Source of the DNA: Gemmatimonadota bacterium
Lineage (GTDB): Bacteria > Gemmatimonadota > Gemmatimonadetes > Gemmatimonadales > Gemmatimonadaceae
Assembly (NCBI GenBank): GCA_016218305.1
Contig: JACREJ010000025.1
Location: 243-64,242, forward strand
Direction of reading: 5' to 3'
DNA: 64,000 nt
Shown: one piece after another, positions 1 to 9,898 of the stretch
How positions within the stretch are numbered: position 1 is the first letter of the stretch
How the letters are laid out: each line of letters starts with the position of its first letter
Notes under the pieces: model-generated
What the model saw: the letters and a program-made list of their open reading frames with translations, nothing else
What the model was told of the DNA's origin: nothing
Database searches by the model: none
Position numbers and translations under genes: made by a program

Positions 1-850
1 GTTCCTCGATGGGCCACGAGTACGACGTGGCGTACGCATAGTCGCGACCGCCGGCGCGCGGCGACCATGGGGTGTACTCGCTGAGCGGCAGGTATTGAAT
101 CGTGCCGATGGCCATGCCGAGGACCACTGCGCCGAGGGCGAGGCCCAGCCGGCGGATGGCGGTGGCGCGATCGATCCCGGCGGTGCCGAAGGCGAGCATG
201 AGCGCCCAGGCGCCCGCGACGAGCAGGTGGTACTGCAGGAGCTGCGGGTGAGGCGACAGCACCGCGAGCCCGATGACGAGGGCGAGCGCCCCCCACGCCC
301 AGTGGCGCGCGTCGCGAATGCCCCTGGTCAGCAGGAGCAGCGTGAATGGGAGCAGCGCGCTCACGAACAGCTTGCCGTCATGTCCCGGCGAGGCGTACGC
401 GGCGATGGGGCCGCCTAGCTGGTACGCGAGAGCGCCCACGAGCGACGCGGCGAAGCCAAGTCCGCTCGTCCGGAGGAACAGGAACGTCCCGAATCCGGCG
501 AGCCAGAGGTGGCTGATGAAGCCCCACGTCATGCCGGCGTCCGTGCCGATCAGCAGGCGCAGCCAGAACGTCGGGTAGAAGATGTCGCCGTGCATCGCGG
601 CGACGTATGGCATTCCGCCGAACAGGTACGGGTTCCACTGCGGGATCGCACCCGTCAGCCGCCACTGCTGCACCGCGAAATCACGGAACGCGAACCCGGC
701 GATGTACTGGTCGCTCATCGGGTTCACGAGGAACTGGCCGCCGAGTGCGGGATACCCCAGCGCGAGCGCGGCCACGGCGCAGGCCAGCGCCGCCCACAGC
801 AGGCCGGCGCGCGGCGACAGTTCGGAGGAGCCGGTGTCGGAGGAGGTCAT
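1..850 (-). CDS. Polytopic membrane protein, YfhO-like/GT-C-type glycosyltransferase candidate (5' part only; gene runs off the window start)
   Basis: Absent from the ORF track because there is no stop in the window. ATG at 850..848 directly follows the TAG (853..851) of the upstream gene. My translation MTSSDTGSSELSPRAGLLWAALACAVAALALGYPALGGQFLVNPMSDQYIAGFAFRDFAVQQWRLTGAIPQWNPYLFGGMPYVAAMHGDIFYP... stays open to position 1 (no tca/cta/tta in that frame). It is multi-TM and GC3-rich. Confidence 0.5.
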   Translation of the reverse strand, partial: MTSSDTGSSELSPRAGLLWAALACAVAALALGYPALGGQFLVNPMSDQYIAGFAFRDFAVQQWRLTGAIPQWNPYLFGGMPYVAAMHGDIFYPTFWLRLLIGTDAGMTWGFISHLWLAGFGTFLFLRTSGLGFAASLVGALAYQLGGPIAAYASPGHDGKLFVSALLPFTLLLLTRGIRDARHWAWGALALVIGLAVLSPHPQLLQYHLLVAGAWALMLAFGTAGIDRATAIRRLGLALGAVVLGMAIGTIQYLPLSEYTPWSPRAGGRDYAYATSYSWPIEE

Positions 851-1780
851 CTACGTGTCGAGTGAGGAGTCGGAGCGACGCGACGGACGGACGAGAAGGA
901 AGAGCACGCCGGGAATGATCTCGAGAATGGTAAGCCAGACGCGCGACGAGACAACGAGCAATGCCGCCACCGCCCCAACCGCGAGACCAGTTCGTTGCAG
1001 CACCTCGGCCATGGCGACTTCGCGCACGCCGATTCCGCCCGGCGCAAAGATGGCCATGAAACCTACCAGATATGGGCCAATAAAGACGGCGGTCCAATCG
1101 CCCAGCGTGCCTGTCGCAGGGGCGACCATCATGCCCGAGGCGAACAACTGAAACGCGACGCCATACAGCACCCACGCCAGCGCCGTTCCCGCCGCCGCCC
1201 ACCAGATGGCACTCGGTGGCAAGTGTGGGAGCGTCACCTGTCGTCCTGTCACCGCGTTCAGTAGTCGCACGCCCAGCGGGACGAGCCACGGCGCGCCGAA
1301 CAGCACGACGCCCAGCGCAATCACCCCGGCCATCGCGCCGGCAGGCACATCGATGACGTGCGCGCCCGCGATGAAGAAGACACCAAATCCGGTGACGAGG
1401 TTTACCAGCTGCACGACGACCGACGAACCCATGGCGGCCGCCGGCGAAATGCCCTGTTCCTGCGCGAGCGATCCCATGACGGCAATCGACCAGACCTTGA
1501 GTGGCACGTACTTGCCCAGATTGCTCACAAACCAGATTCGCATGGCGTTCGGGAACGTGAGGTGTTCGCCCCACGCGACGACCACCTGTCGCCATGTCTG
1601 GATGAGCACGGCATAGGCCACGAGCACTAGGAGCGACGACAGCGTCAGGAGGCCCCAGTCAGGTGACGATTGGGCGAACGCATGCTCGTAATCGTCCCAG
1701 TTGACGTACAGGTACCCGCCCAGGAAGAGCAGCAGGGCGAACTGCAGCACCGTTCGGACGATGCGGCGCCAGGCGATCAT
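851..1780 (-). CDS. UPF0104 / lysyl-phosphatidylglycerol-synthase-TM-region-like (flippase-like) membrane protein
   Basis: ORF 851..2029 trimmed to MIAWRRIVRTVLQFALLLF... (ATG 1780..1778), which overlaps the upstream stop as ATGA. About 8 TM segments; motifs NLGKYVPLKVW and PGGIGVREV are typical of the family. Confidence 0.7.
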   Translation of the reverse strand: MIAWRRIVRTVLQFALLLFLGGYLYVNWDDYEHAFAQSSPDWGLLTLSSLLVLVAYAVLIQTWRQVVVAWGEHLTFPNAMRIWFVSNLGKYVPLKVWSIAVMGSLAQEQGISPAAAMGSSVVVQLVNLVTGFGVFFIAGAHVIDVPAGAMAGVIALGVVLFGAPWLVPLGVRLLNAVTGRQVTLPHLPPSAIWWAAAGTALAWVLYGVAFQLFASGMMVAPATGTLGDWTAVFIGPYLVGFMAIFAPGGIGVREVAMAEVLQRTGLAVGAVAALLVVSSRVWLTILEIIPGVLFLLVRPSRRSDSSLDT

Positions 1781-2943
1781 CGCCCCTCCAGGGCTGCGTC
1801 GTACGCCGCGCGGTACCGCGTGCCCACCGCTTCGGGCGAGAAGGTGGCGAGCGCACGCACACGCGCGGCCGCACCATACGCGCGCGCCTTGGTCGGACGC
1901 TCGACGACGCCGTCGACGGCATGCGCCAGCGCGGCGACGTCGCCCGTGGGGATGAGCCAGCCGGTGGCGCCGTCGCGCACGACATCGGTGAGGCCGCCGC
2001 TCGCGTAGGCGATGACCGGGGTCTCGCACAGCGCGGCCTCGACGCCGACGAGCCCGAGCCCTTCCTCGGTGGACGGGATGATCAGCGCCGCGCTGCGCGC
2101 GTAGAGCGCCGGCAGCTCCGACTGCGGCAGGTGGCCGAGCCAGGTAATGCGATCGGCGACCCCCAAGGACTCGGCGCGCCGACGCAGCGCCTCGGCGTCG
2201 GGCCCCTCACCCACGACGTCGAGCGTCCAGGCGCGGCGGGCACGCGCCATCGCCTGAAGGAGGTCGGCGAGCCCCTTCTGCGCGTTGAGGCGGCCGACAA
2301 AGAGCATCCGGTCCTTCTCGTGCGCATCGGGCGCGGGCGGCGTGAAGAGCGCCGTGGCCGCGGGCATCGGCGCCGTCTCCACGCTGCGGCCGCCGAGCGC
2401 CTCGCGTGCCATGCGGGCGAGCCAGCCGGAGACGGCGTACATCCCGGCCGATTGCCGTGCGACGCGCTGGAAAAGCGTGCGCGCCCTCGCGCCGCGGGCG
2501 AGCCGGATGTCGGAGCCGTGGCTGGTGATGATCATCGGGACGCCGTGACCGCCGCCCATCATCCCCGACGGGAACCACCAGTGCGCGTGCACGAGGTGCG
2601 GCCGCCACGCCCGCACCGCGGCACCCACGGCGCGGCGCCCACGCCAGAGCATGAGCGCGAGCGCGAGCTTGCCGCGCAGCGAGCCGCTCACCTGCTCCGC
2701 CATCGTGCCGGTGTACGCCAACGTCTCCCACGCGCTCGGTGCGTACCGATAGCGGCGCACGCGGATGCCTTCAATGGTGTCGCTGGCGGCGAGTCCTGGC
2801 GCGGCGGGGGTGAGCACCTCCACCTCCACGCCCTCGCGCTGCACGGCGCGGGCGAGCGCGAGCACGAACGCGCCCGCCGCATCCCCGGCCTGCCGGGGGA
2901 ATGCGTGCGTCACGAAGAGGACCCGCAGCGGCGCGCGTGTCAC
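1777..2943 (-). CDS. Glycosyltransferase, group 1 (GT4)
   Basis: 388 aa. LRVLFVTHAFPRQAGDAAG N-terminus and a C-terminal EGLGLVGVEAALCETPVIA...GG motif of the GT-B EX7E type. GTG start 2943 overlaps the upstream stop (GTGA). Confidence 0.85.
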   Translation of the reverse strand: MTRAPLRVLFVTHAFPRQAGDAAGAFVLALARAVQREGVEVEVLTPAAPGLAASDTIEGIRVRRYRYAPSAWETLAYTGTMAEQVSGSLRGKLALALMLWRGRRAVGAAVRAWRPHLVHAHWWFPSGMMGGGHGVPMIITSHGSDIRLARGARARTLFQRVARQSAGMYAVSGWLARMAREALGGRSVETAPMPAATALFTPPAPDAHEKDRMLFVGRLNAQKGLADLLQAMARARRAWTLDVVGEGPDAEALRRRAESLGVADRITWLGHLPQSELPALYARSAALIIPSTEEGLGLVGVEAALCETPVIAYASGGLTDVVRDGATGWLIPTGDVAALAHAVDGVVERPTKARAYGAAARVRALATFSPEAVGTRYRAAYDAALEGR

Positions 2944-3890
2944 TCCGCGGGCGGTTGGGTGCCTTCGTCAATGCGGCGGCGCAGCTCGCGCAGTTCGGCG
3001 CGCTGCACCGCGATCTGTTCGCCCAGGAGGCCGGTGGAGAAGAAGATGCCGCCGAGGATGAGGCAGGTCTGGATGATGGTCCACACCGATCGCACGCCGA
3101 CGTTCTCCGTGAAGAGCATGTACAGCGCGACGAGTCCGGCGATGAACCCGGCGGCGAACAGCAGCGCCCCCAGCATCCCGAAGGCGAGCAGCGGCTTCTG
3201 GCCGAAGCGCAGCTCGAACCAGACCGACAGCATGTCGAGCACGCCCACCGGAATGCGCCCGATGCCGAACTTCGACTTGCCCGCGGCGCGGGGATAGAGC
3301 GGCACGGGGATCTCGGTGACCGTGAATCCCTGCTGCGCAGCAAGCACGATCATGTAGCGGTGCCAGTCGGGGCGCGACGGCTGCAGCTCCATGATCTCGC
3401 GGCGATACGCCTTGACGTTGTTGAGGTCCTTGACCTTCACGTCGAACAGGGCGCGGCTGAGCCCGTTGTAGATGCGGGAGACGAAGGCCTTCTCGTACTT
3501 CCCCTGCTTGAACCCCGTCACCATGTCGCTCTCGCCGGCGAGGATCGGCGCCACGAGCCGCGGAATGTCTTCCGGCATGAACTGGAGGTCGGCCGGATAG
3601 AAGACGAGGATGTCGCCGCGCGCCTGCAGGAAGCCGGTGCGGAGGGCGTCGGCGATGCCGCGACGGGCGCGGTGCCGCGCGGCGCGCAGGAACGGGTACA
3701 GCGAGCGGAGCTCCTGCAGCAACGCCCACGAGCCGTCAGTCGAGCCGTCGTCGATGACGATCACCTCGTACCGCTCGGGGCGGTCCGCAAAGGCCTTCGC
3801 GCACAGTTCGAGGAAGTGCGGCAGGTTCTCCGCCTCATCCTTGGCGGGCACCAGAACCGAAACGGCTACTGCAGGCGTTGGCACGGACAC
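2940..3890 (-). CDS. GT2 polyprenol-phosphate glycosyltransferase (GtrB/ArnC/DPM1-like) with two C-terminal TM helices
   Basis: 316 aa. VSVLVPAKDEAENL, VIVIDDGSTDGS and a DxD-like region, followed by two hydrophobic helices at the C-terminus. GTG start at 3890. Confidence 0.85.
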   Translation of the reverse strand: MSVPTPAVAVSVLVPAKDEAENLPHFLELCAKAFADRPERYEVIVIDDGSTDGSWALLQELRSLYPFLRAARHRARRGIADALRTGFLQARGDILVFYPADLQFMPEDIPRLVAPILAGESDMVTGFKQGKYEKAFVSRIYNGLSRALFDVKVKDLNNVKAYRREIMELQPSRPDWHRYMIVLAAQQGFTVTEIPVPLYPRAAGKSKFGIGRIPVGVLDMLSVWFELRFGQKPLLAFGMLGALLFAAGFIAGLVALYMLFTENVGVRSVWTIIQTCLILGGIFFSTGLLGEQIAVQRAELRELRRRIDEGTQPPAE

Positions 3891-3965
3891 GGTAGGGGCA
3901 CGGAAAGGGTCAGGGAACGAGGAGAAGTGGCTGGCATGGCCTCGGGCACGGGCACGGTCGGGCGC

Positions 3966-5477
3966 CTACACCCGCCTTCGCATTCTCGCGGAGAGCACGT
4001 GGAGCTGGTCCCGGTACTTGGCGACGGTGCGCCGGGCGATGCGGATGCCCTCGCGTTCGAGGATTTCCACGATCGCCTGGTCGGTGAGCGGGTCCTTCGG
4101 GTCTTCATCCTTCACCAGCTTCTCGATCTTGTCCTTGATGCCGCGGGCCGACACGTCCTCGCCGTCGGCGGTGGCGATGCCCGACGAAAAGAAGAACTTC
4201 AGCGGGAGCACGCCGCGCGGGGTCTGCACGTACTTGTCGCTCGTCACGCGGCTCACCGTGGACTCGTGCATGCCAATGACGTCGGCGACCTCGCGCAGCG
4301 TGAGCGGCTTGAGGTACTGCACGCCCTTTTCGAAATAGTCGCGCTGCCGGTCCACGATGAAGTGCATCACCTTGAGCATCGTGTGCCGGCGCTGCTCGAT
4401 GGCCTGAATGAGCCACTGCGCGGCATTGAGCTTGCTCGCGATGAACTCCTTGTGCTCCGGCGTGAACTTCTTGCGGTCGCGCGCCATCTCCTGGTAGACG
4501 CGGCTCAGCCGCAGGCGCGGGATGTTGGTGTCATTGAGGAAGACGAGGTACTGGCCGTCCACCTTCTCCACCACGAGGTCGGGGATCACGTAGCTGTCAA
4601 GCGACGCGCTCTTGGCGAAGCCCGGCTTCGGGTTGAGCCTGGCGATCTGGTCGGCGGCCTGCTGCACCTCGGCGGCGGTCGTGCCGATGCGGCGGGCGAT
4701 CTCCGCCCAGCGATGCGCGATCAGCTCGTCGAAGTGCTCGGCGAGGATGCGGCGCGCCAGCGTCGCGTCGGCCGTCGTCTCGCGCAGCTGCAACAGCAGG
4801 CACTCGCGCAGGTCGCGCGCCCCCACCCCGGCCGGATCGAGCCCCTGGATGATGGCAAGCATCTCCTCGGCCTCCGCCATCGTGAAGTAGGGCACCGACT
4901 CGGTGTCGCGCCCGGCCGCTTCGGCGCTGCGGCGCACCTCGGCGTTGATGCCGCGCAAGATCTCGTCGAGTCCGCAGGCGAGGTACCCGTCGTCGTTGAT
5001 GTCGCCGATGAACTCCTCGGCGAGCACCTGCTGCCGCGGGGTCAGCTGGAGCAGCGCGAGCTGGTCGCGGAGGTCGCTCTCGAGTCCGCCGCGCGTGATG
5101 CCGGCCGGCTCGCTGTACTCGCGCTCTTCGTAGTCCTCACGCGGACCGGAGACGTCGAAGCCATTGAGGAGGATCTCCTCCCAGTCGGTCTCCTGCTGCC
5201 GTGGGTCGTTCTCCGCGACGGGCACCGCGGCGTCCAGCGGGACCTCGAACGCCTCGCCTTCGACGGGCGTCTCTTCGTCGGTGGTGCCGGCTTCGCCAGT
5301 CTCGTCCTCATCCTCCTCCTCGACGAGGTCGAGGAAGGGATTGACGAGCAGCTCCTGCTTGAGATGCTGCTGCAGGTCGAGCAGGGGCATGGTGAGCATA
5401 TCCATCGCCTGGTACAGGCGAGGATTGATCTTCATCTCCTGCCCCAGCCGCAGGGACTGGCTCAGCCCGGTCTTCAT
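3966..5477 (-). CDS. rpoN: RNA polymerase sigma-54 factor
   Basis: 503 aa. N-terminal [31 protein letters not shown], an acidic linker, a C-terminal HTH and the RpoN box [13 protein letters not shown] overlap with lptB. Confidence 0.95.
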   Translation of the reverse strand: MKTGLSQSLRLGQEMKINPRLYQAMDMLTMPLLDLQQHLKQELLVNPFLDLVEEEDEDETGEAGTTDEETPVEGEAFEVPLDAAVPVAENDPRQQETDWEEILLNGFDVSGPREDYEEREYSEPAGITRGGLESDLRDQLALLQLTPRQQVLAEEFIGDINDDGYLACGLDEILRGINAEVRRSAEAAGRDTESVPYFTMAEAEEMLAIIQGLDPAGVGARDLRECLLLQLRETTADATLARRILAEHFDELIAHRWAEIARRIGTTAAEVQQAADQIARLNPKPGFAKSASLDSYVIPDLVVEKVDGQYLVFLNDTNIPRLRLSRVYQEMARDRKKFTPEHKEFIASKLNAAQWLIQAIEQRRHTMLKVMHFIVDRQRDYFEKGVQYLKPLTLREVADVIGMHESTVSRVTSDKYVQTPRGVLPLKFFFSSGIATADGEDVSARGIKDKIEKLVKDEDPKDPLTDQAIVEILEREGIRIARRTVAKYRDQLHVLSARMRRRV

Positions 5478-6868
5478 GGAGACGAACCATGCGCGCCGGG
5501 ATCCGGCGGCGCGGGGGTCTCGACCAGCTCCTCCTGCGACGCCAGACCTGTGCCGTGCGGTGCGGACGGCGCCGGCGTCGGGGGCGGGTCGTCCGTCCCG
5601 TGCTCGCGGCGGAACCGTTCACGCAGGCGGGCGGTCAGCGTCGGTCCGAGGTAGACGCGCGACACCGTGTCATCGAAGACCAGCTCGCGCACCGTTCCCG
5701 ACACCTTCACCTGCCCGTCGAACATGATGTAGGCGCGATCCACGATGTCCAGCGTCTGCTCGACGTTGTGGTCGGAGATGAGCACGCCGATGCCGCGATG
5801 GCGCAGGCTCGCGACGATGACCTGGATGTCGTGCACCGCGATGGGATCGACGCCCGCGAACGGTTCGTCGAGCATCATGAACTTGGGTTGCGTCACGAGC
5901 GCGCGCGTGATCTCGAGGCGCCTGCGCTCGCCGCCGGAGAGCTGGTACGCCTTGCTGTGCCGCAGGTGCTTCAGGCCGAGTTCGTCAAGCAGAGCCTCGA
6001 GTCGGAGTCCGCGTTCTGCCTTGCCAAGATCCAGCTCCTCGAGGATGGCGAGGATGTTCTCCTCCACCGTCAGCTTGCGGAAGATGGACGGCTCCTGCGA
6101 CAGGTAGCCGATGCCCAGTCGCGCGCGCTTGTACATGGGCATCTTGGTGATGTCCACTCCATCGAGCAGGATGCGGCCCGCCGCCGGGGGGATGAGGCCG
6201 GTGATCATGTAGAAGCTGGTGGTCTTCCCCGCCCCGTTCGGGCCGAGCAGGCCGACGATCTCTCCCTGCCGCAGTTCGAGTGCGACGTTGTTCACGACAT
6301 TGCGCCGTCGGTAGGTCTTCACCAGCCCCTCGGCCCGCAGCACACTGTGCCCCTCAACCGCCATCAGCGTTGCCGCCGACACGCGGGGGGCCGCGTGCTC
6401 GCCGGTCTCGCGCAGCGCATCGGCAAACGCCTCGCGGCCGGTGCGCACAGAATCCCAGAGTGCGGGCGTCATGGCGACGCGGCAGTCGGGGTCGTCGAGG
6501 TCGCCCACCGTGATGGACCCGCCGTCCTTGAGGCGCGGCAGGGCGACGGAGGCAAGGTGGGTGCGCACTTCGTCGAGACTGAGGCGCCCGGCCTCGCGCT
6601 CCACGTCCCGCCCCTCGGCCTGCAGCGACGCCAGGTAGTCGTTGCGGTAATGCACGGCAACGTCGTTGAAGCTCGCACCGCCCTGCTCGTCCGCCGACCC
6701 GATGATCGCAATCAGGGCCAGCGCCGCCGACCGGTCACCGCCGGCCAGGCGCTCGGCGACGCCACGCGCCGCCGCGTGCCCGTTATCAACGGCAGGGGCG
6801 CCCGTCGTCTGCGGAGCGTCGTCGCGGGGATCGCGCGCGTCGGGGGAATCGGTATGGGGCGTCGTCAC
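5474..6868 (-). CDS. lptB: LPS export ABC transporter ATP-binding protein LptB with a 168-aa N-terminal extension and a ~50-aa Pro-rich C-terminal tail
   Basis: Walker [10 protein letters not shown], signature [10 protein letters not shown] and Walker B MLDEP, from about aa 175. The frame is open and GC3-rich back to GTG 6868, which overlaps the lptA-like stop (GTGA). A conventional internal start [14 protein letters not shown] lies at 6364. Confidence 0.85.
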   Translation of the reverse strand: MTTPHTDSPDARDPRDDAPQTTGAPAVDNGHAAARGVAERLAGGDRSAALALIAIIGSADEQGGASFNDVAVHYRNDYLASLQAEGRDVEREAGRLSLDEVRTHLASVALPRLKDGGSITVGDLDDPDCRVAMTPALWDSVRTGREAFADALRETGEHAAPRVSAATLMAVEGHSVLRAEGLVKTYRRRNVVNNVALELRQGEIVGLLGPNGAGKTTSFYMITGLIPPAAGRILLDGVDITKMPMYKRARLGIGYLSQEPSIFRKLTVEENILAILEELDLGKAERGLRLEALLDELGLKHLRHSKAYQLSGGERRRLEITRALVTQPKFMMLDEPFAGVDPIAVHDIQVIVASLRHRGIGVLISDHNVEQTLDIVDRAYIMFDGQVKVSGTVRELVFDDTVSRVYLGPTLTARLRERFRREHGTDDPPPTPAPSAPHGTGLASQEELVETPAPPDPGAHGSSP

Positions 6869-8289
6869 GGCTTCTTGACTGGAGTTGGGGGAGGCGCGGC
6901 GGGCGCGCCGGAAGGCGGAGTGCGCACCGGCGTGGGTGCCTTGGCCTTGTCGTCAGTGGCGCTGCCGGCCGGCCGCGCCTTGGTGGAGTCGGCCTTGAGC
7001 GAGTCATCGGGGATTCGCTCGAGATAGATGCCGGACGCCTGCTCGCGCACCGTGACGCGGCTCACCGCGCGGTCGGCGCCGAAGTTCACGGTGATGGCCT
7101 TGCCCTTGACGTAGTTCAGGTTGGGCGCCGCCTTGGCCCCCTGCGAGGAGGCCACCTGATAGAACGAGGCGGCGGCGCCCAACGCGTTGATCAGTCGGAT
7201 CACGGGCTTTGCAGCGGTATCGCCCGCGGCGCGCACGCTGTCGAACGCAGCGACGATCGTGTCACCGCGCAGCCAGTCGTCCTCGGTGGAGACGAACTTG
7301 CTGCTGTCGGTGCGGCTGCTCGCGTAGGCCCCGCGCAGGGCGCGCAGCTCGCGGAGCACCTGGCCCGGCATGTCCACGTCGATGGAATCGGCCAGGATAT
7401 GACGGTCCGTGGCTTCGGCGCGCGCACGCGAGGGTCCCCAGGCGTACGCGCGCGACAGCTTCTGGTCGGTGAGCCGCAGGTCGATGCTATCCGAAGCAAG
7501 CGTCACGTCCTCGCTGGTCGCCTTCGCGCTGTCCGCCGAAAGGACGCGCTCGAGGCGGCGGTCGCGCGACCAGATGTCGACGCGCCGGCCCACGAGCGTG
7601 AAGACCGACTCGCCGCGTCCCTCGATGCGCGGGCGGCCGTCGAGTCGCGCCCATTCCGTGCCGGCGTTCATCGTCGCGCTGTCCGACGTGGCGATGAGGT
7701 CGGGGCGCGTGATGATGACCGAGCCGCCGGCATACAACAGCGAATCGGCCACTTCCGTCACCTGGTTCGCGATCACCTCAACCGTGTCGGTGCCGTTGCC
7801 CCCGGCGTCGTCGGGGCTGAGCTTCGTGACGGGCCGCCCCGTGGCAATCAGGCGCGAGTCGCCGCGCAGCCCCGGCGCGGCGCGAAAGTACTCGGCGCGG
7901 GGCCCACGCATGGTGGTCCCCTTCTCCGTGACCGCCACGACGTTCCCTTCGGCGAGCACGCGCTCCTCCGACTGGAAGTAGTAGATGCGGTCGGCGTCGA
8001 GGCGGACGCGCTTCTCCTCGTAATGCGCGCGCCCGACGATCACGTACGACTTGGAATCGCCCATCGCCTCGAGCGAGTCGCCGGAAAGGCGCTGGTCGGT
8101 GTTGGTGCACCGCCCGCGGATGCCGCGGCCGTAGTAGCTGTTGTACTGGCCGCTCGGGAGCTTGATGGCGAGCGTGGTCGTGGTGTCGTAGTTGTACAGG
8201 TCCAGGTTGCACGAGCGCTCGCGCGCCGGCTGCTGTGCCGCAAGCAGCGTCGGGGCGAGAAGCGCTAGGGCGAACCACCTGGTCATCAT
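6865..8289 (-). CDS. lptA: Large periplasmic OstA/LptA-like protein (multiple OstA-like repeats, Pro/Ala/Lys-rich tail)
   Basis: 474 aa. Signal peptide [20 protein letters not shown] and repeated ...[23 protein letters not shown]...ATGRPV... beta-jellyroll-like segments. Positioned between lptC and lptB. Confidence 0.6.
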   Translation of the reverse strand: MMTRWFALALLAPTLLAAQQPARERSCNLDLYNYDTTTTLAIKLPSGQYNSYYGRGIRGRCTNTDQRLSGDSLEAMGDSKSYVIVGRAHYEEKRVRLDADRIYYFQSEERVLAEGNVVAVTEKGTTMRGPRAEYFRAAPGLRGDSRLIATGRPVTKLSPDDAGGNGTDTVEVIANQVTEVADSLLYAGGSVIITRPDLIATSDSATMNAGTEWARLDGRPRIEGRGESVFTLVGRRVDIWSRDRRLERVLSADSAKATSEDVTLASDSIDLRLTDQKLSRAYAWGPSRARAEATDRHILADSIDVDMPGQVLRELRALRGAYASSRTDSSKFVSTEDDWLRGDTIVAAFDSVRAAGDTAAKPVIRLINALGAAASFYQVASSQGAKAAPNLNYVKGKAITVNFGADRAVSRVTVREQASGIYLERIPDDSLKADSTKARPAGSATDDKAKAPTPVRTPPSGAPAAPPPTPVKKP

Positions 8290-8933
8290 TCGGTCCCCGG
8301 CACCTTGACGCCGCGCGCCTTGGCGCGCGACCCGCGGAGAATGCGCAGGTTGTTCATGTCCGGGTCGGACACAAAGCCGACACCGCTCGCCTCGCGCCCT
8401 TCCTCGGTCAGCACGAAGGCGCTGTCCGAGGAGATCTGGTTGACGCGCGAGTCGAACTTGATTTGCTCGGTCTCGAGGCGGCGACCGTCGGCGGTGATGA
8501 TGACGACGTTCCCCCTGGCCTCGAGCACATTGTCGCGCGTCAGGTACCGTCCGGTGCGCGACGTGAGCACCGCGTCCTTGGCTCCCGCGGTGCTGTAGAA
8601 GATCGTGCGGACGACCTTCATGTCCATGCGCGTATTGTCGTCATAGAACAGCGCGGTATCGCTGAACACCTCGGCGCGGCGCAGGCCGCCTTCCGTGACC
8701 AGAGTGCGCGAGCCAAAGACCACCTGGTCGGCGTTCGGGTCCACCCCGCCCGCCCCTGCGGCGGTCTTCGGCGGCTTTGCCCGCTCGCAGGCCGCCAACG
8801 CGATGACGACGAGCACGGTCGCGACGCGAGCGAGGCGGCGAAACGTGACGGCGTGCTGCCGAGCGACTCGCGCACGGCTGTCCGCCGTCAGCCGCTCTGC
8901 CATCTGCCCTCTCCCATCTGCCATCTGCTTCAT
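8286..8933 (-). CDS. lptC: LptC-like LPS export protein (N-terminal TM anchor)
   Basis: ORF 8286..9989 trimmed to MKQMADGRGQMAERL... (ATG 8933..8931, ATGA overlap with the kdsD stop). TM helix VATVLVVIALAAC, then a LptC/OstA-like fold GNVVIITADGRRLETEQIKFD. An alternative start is at 8903. Confidence 0.65.
   Translation of the reverse strand: MKQMADGRGQMAERLTADSRARVARQHAVTFRRLARVATVLVVIALAACERAKPPKTAAGAGGVDPNADQVVFGSRTLVTEGGLRRAEVFSDTALFYDDNTRMDMKVVRTIFYSTAGAKDAVLTSRTGRYLTRDNVLEARGNVVIITADGRRLETEQIKFDSRVNQISSDSAFVLTEEGREASGVGFVSDPDMNNLRILRGSRAKARGVKVPGTE
8901..8928. repeat. Heptamer array (catctgc cctctcc catctgc catctgc) covering the first codons of lptC
   Basis: 4 x 7 nt. Here the G-rich strand (GCAGATG GCAGATG GGAGAGG GCAGATG) is the lptC sense strand and encodes KQMADGRGQM. 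Confidence 0.7.
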
Positions 8934-9898
8934 GCCGCCCCCGCGCGCATCAGGTCGTGGAGGTGGACCACCCCGATGATGGTGCCGTCCTCTGCGAGCA
9001 CCGGCATCGCCATGATGCCGTGCTGCTCCATCCGGTACACCACCGCGCTGCCCAGTTCGTCCGCCTGGGCGGTCTTGGGCGTCCGCACCATCACCCGGTC
9101 CACCGGCACGGGGAATACGTCCTGTTCGCGTTCCATCAACCGCGTGAGGTCGCCGGTGGTGAGCAGGCCCTGCAGGCGGCCCGAGCCGTCGGCCACGAGC
9201 ACGATGCCGCGGCGCTCGGCGAGCAGCACCACGGCCTCCCGCATGGTGGCGGTGGCCGGCAGGATCGGCAGTTTCTCCGTGAGCATCACGTCGCGCACCT
9301 TGGTCAGCAGCTTGCGTCCCAGCGAACCACCGGGGTGCAGGCGCGCGAAGTCTTCGCGACGGAATCCCTTCACCTCGAGCAGCGCCACCGCGAGCGCGTC
9401 GCCGAGCGCCAGGGTGACCGTGGTGCTCGTGGTCGGCGCCAGGTCGTGCGGGCACGCTTCCTCTTCCACCGACGCGTCGAGCGCGACATCCGCCGAGCGC
9501 GCCAGCGTCGAGTCCACGTCGCCCGTGATGGCGATCACGCGTACCCCGAGGCGCTTGAGCTGTTCCAGCAGCGGAAGCAGTTCGTCGGTCTCGCCGCTCT
9601 TGGAAATGAGGATCGCGACGTCGTTCGTGCCGACGATCCCGAGGTCGCCGTGCACGCTCTCCGTCGGGTGCAGGAAGGTCGCCGGGGTTCCCGTGGAGGT
9701 GAGCGTCGCCGCGATCTTGCGGCCGATGAGGCCGGACTTGCCGATGCCGGCGACGATGGTGCGCCCCTTTGCGGTGGCGATGAGGTCCACGGCCGCGGCA
9801 AAGGTCGGCCCCACGCGCTGGGCCGTGCGCTCCAGCGCCGCCTGCTCCATGCTGATGACGCGGCGTCCGCGCTCGATGATCTCCGCAGCGGTGGTCAC
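8930..9898 (-). CDS. kdsD: Arabinose-5-phosphate isomerase (SIS + tandem CBS), KdsD/KpsF
   Basis: SIS motif VAGIGKSGLIGRKIAATLTSTG followed by a CBS pair. GTG 9898 overlaps the kdsC stop (GTGA); the ORF-track start 9952 is an alternative. Confidence 0.9.
   Translation of the reverse strand: MTTAAEIIERGRRVISMEQAALERTAQRVGPTFAAAVDLIATAKGRTIVAGIGKSGLIGRKIAATLTSTGTPATFLHPTESVHGDLGIVGTNDVAILISKSGETDELLPLLEQLKRLGVRVIAITGDVDSTLARSADVALDASVEEEACPHDLAPTTSTTVTLALGDALAVALLEVKGFRREDFARLHPGGSLGRKLLTKVRDVMLTEKLPILPATATMREAVVLLAERRGIVLVADGSGRLQGLLTTGDLTRLMEREQDVFPVPVDRVMVRTPKTAQADELGSAVVYRMEQHGIMAMPVLAEDGTIIGVVHLHDLMRAGAA

Noticed and set aside
1502-1515. Sigma-54-like TGGCAC...TTGC on the plus strand (tggcacgtacttgc)
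   Set aside because: The spacing is one nucleotide short of the TGGCAC-N5-TTGC consensus. It lies inside a minus-strand coding region and no plus-strand gene follows.
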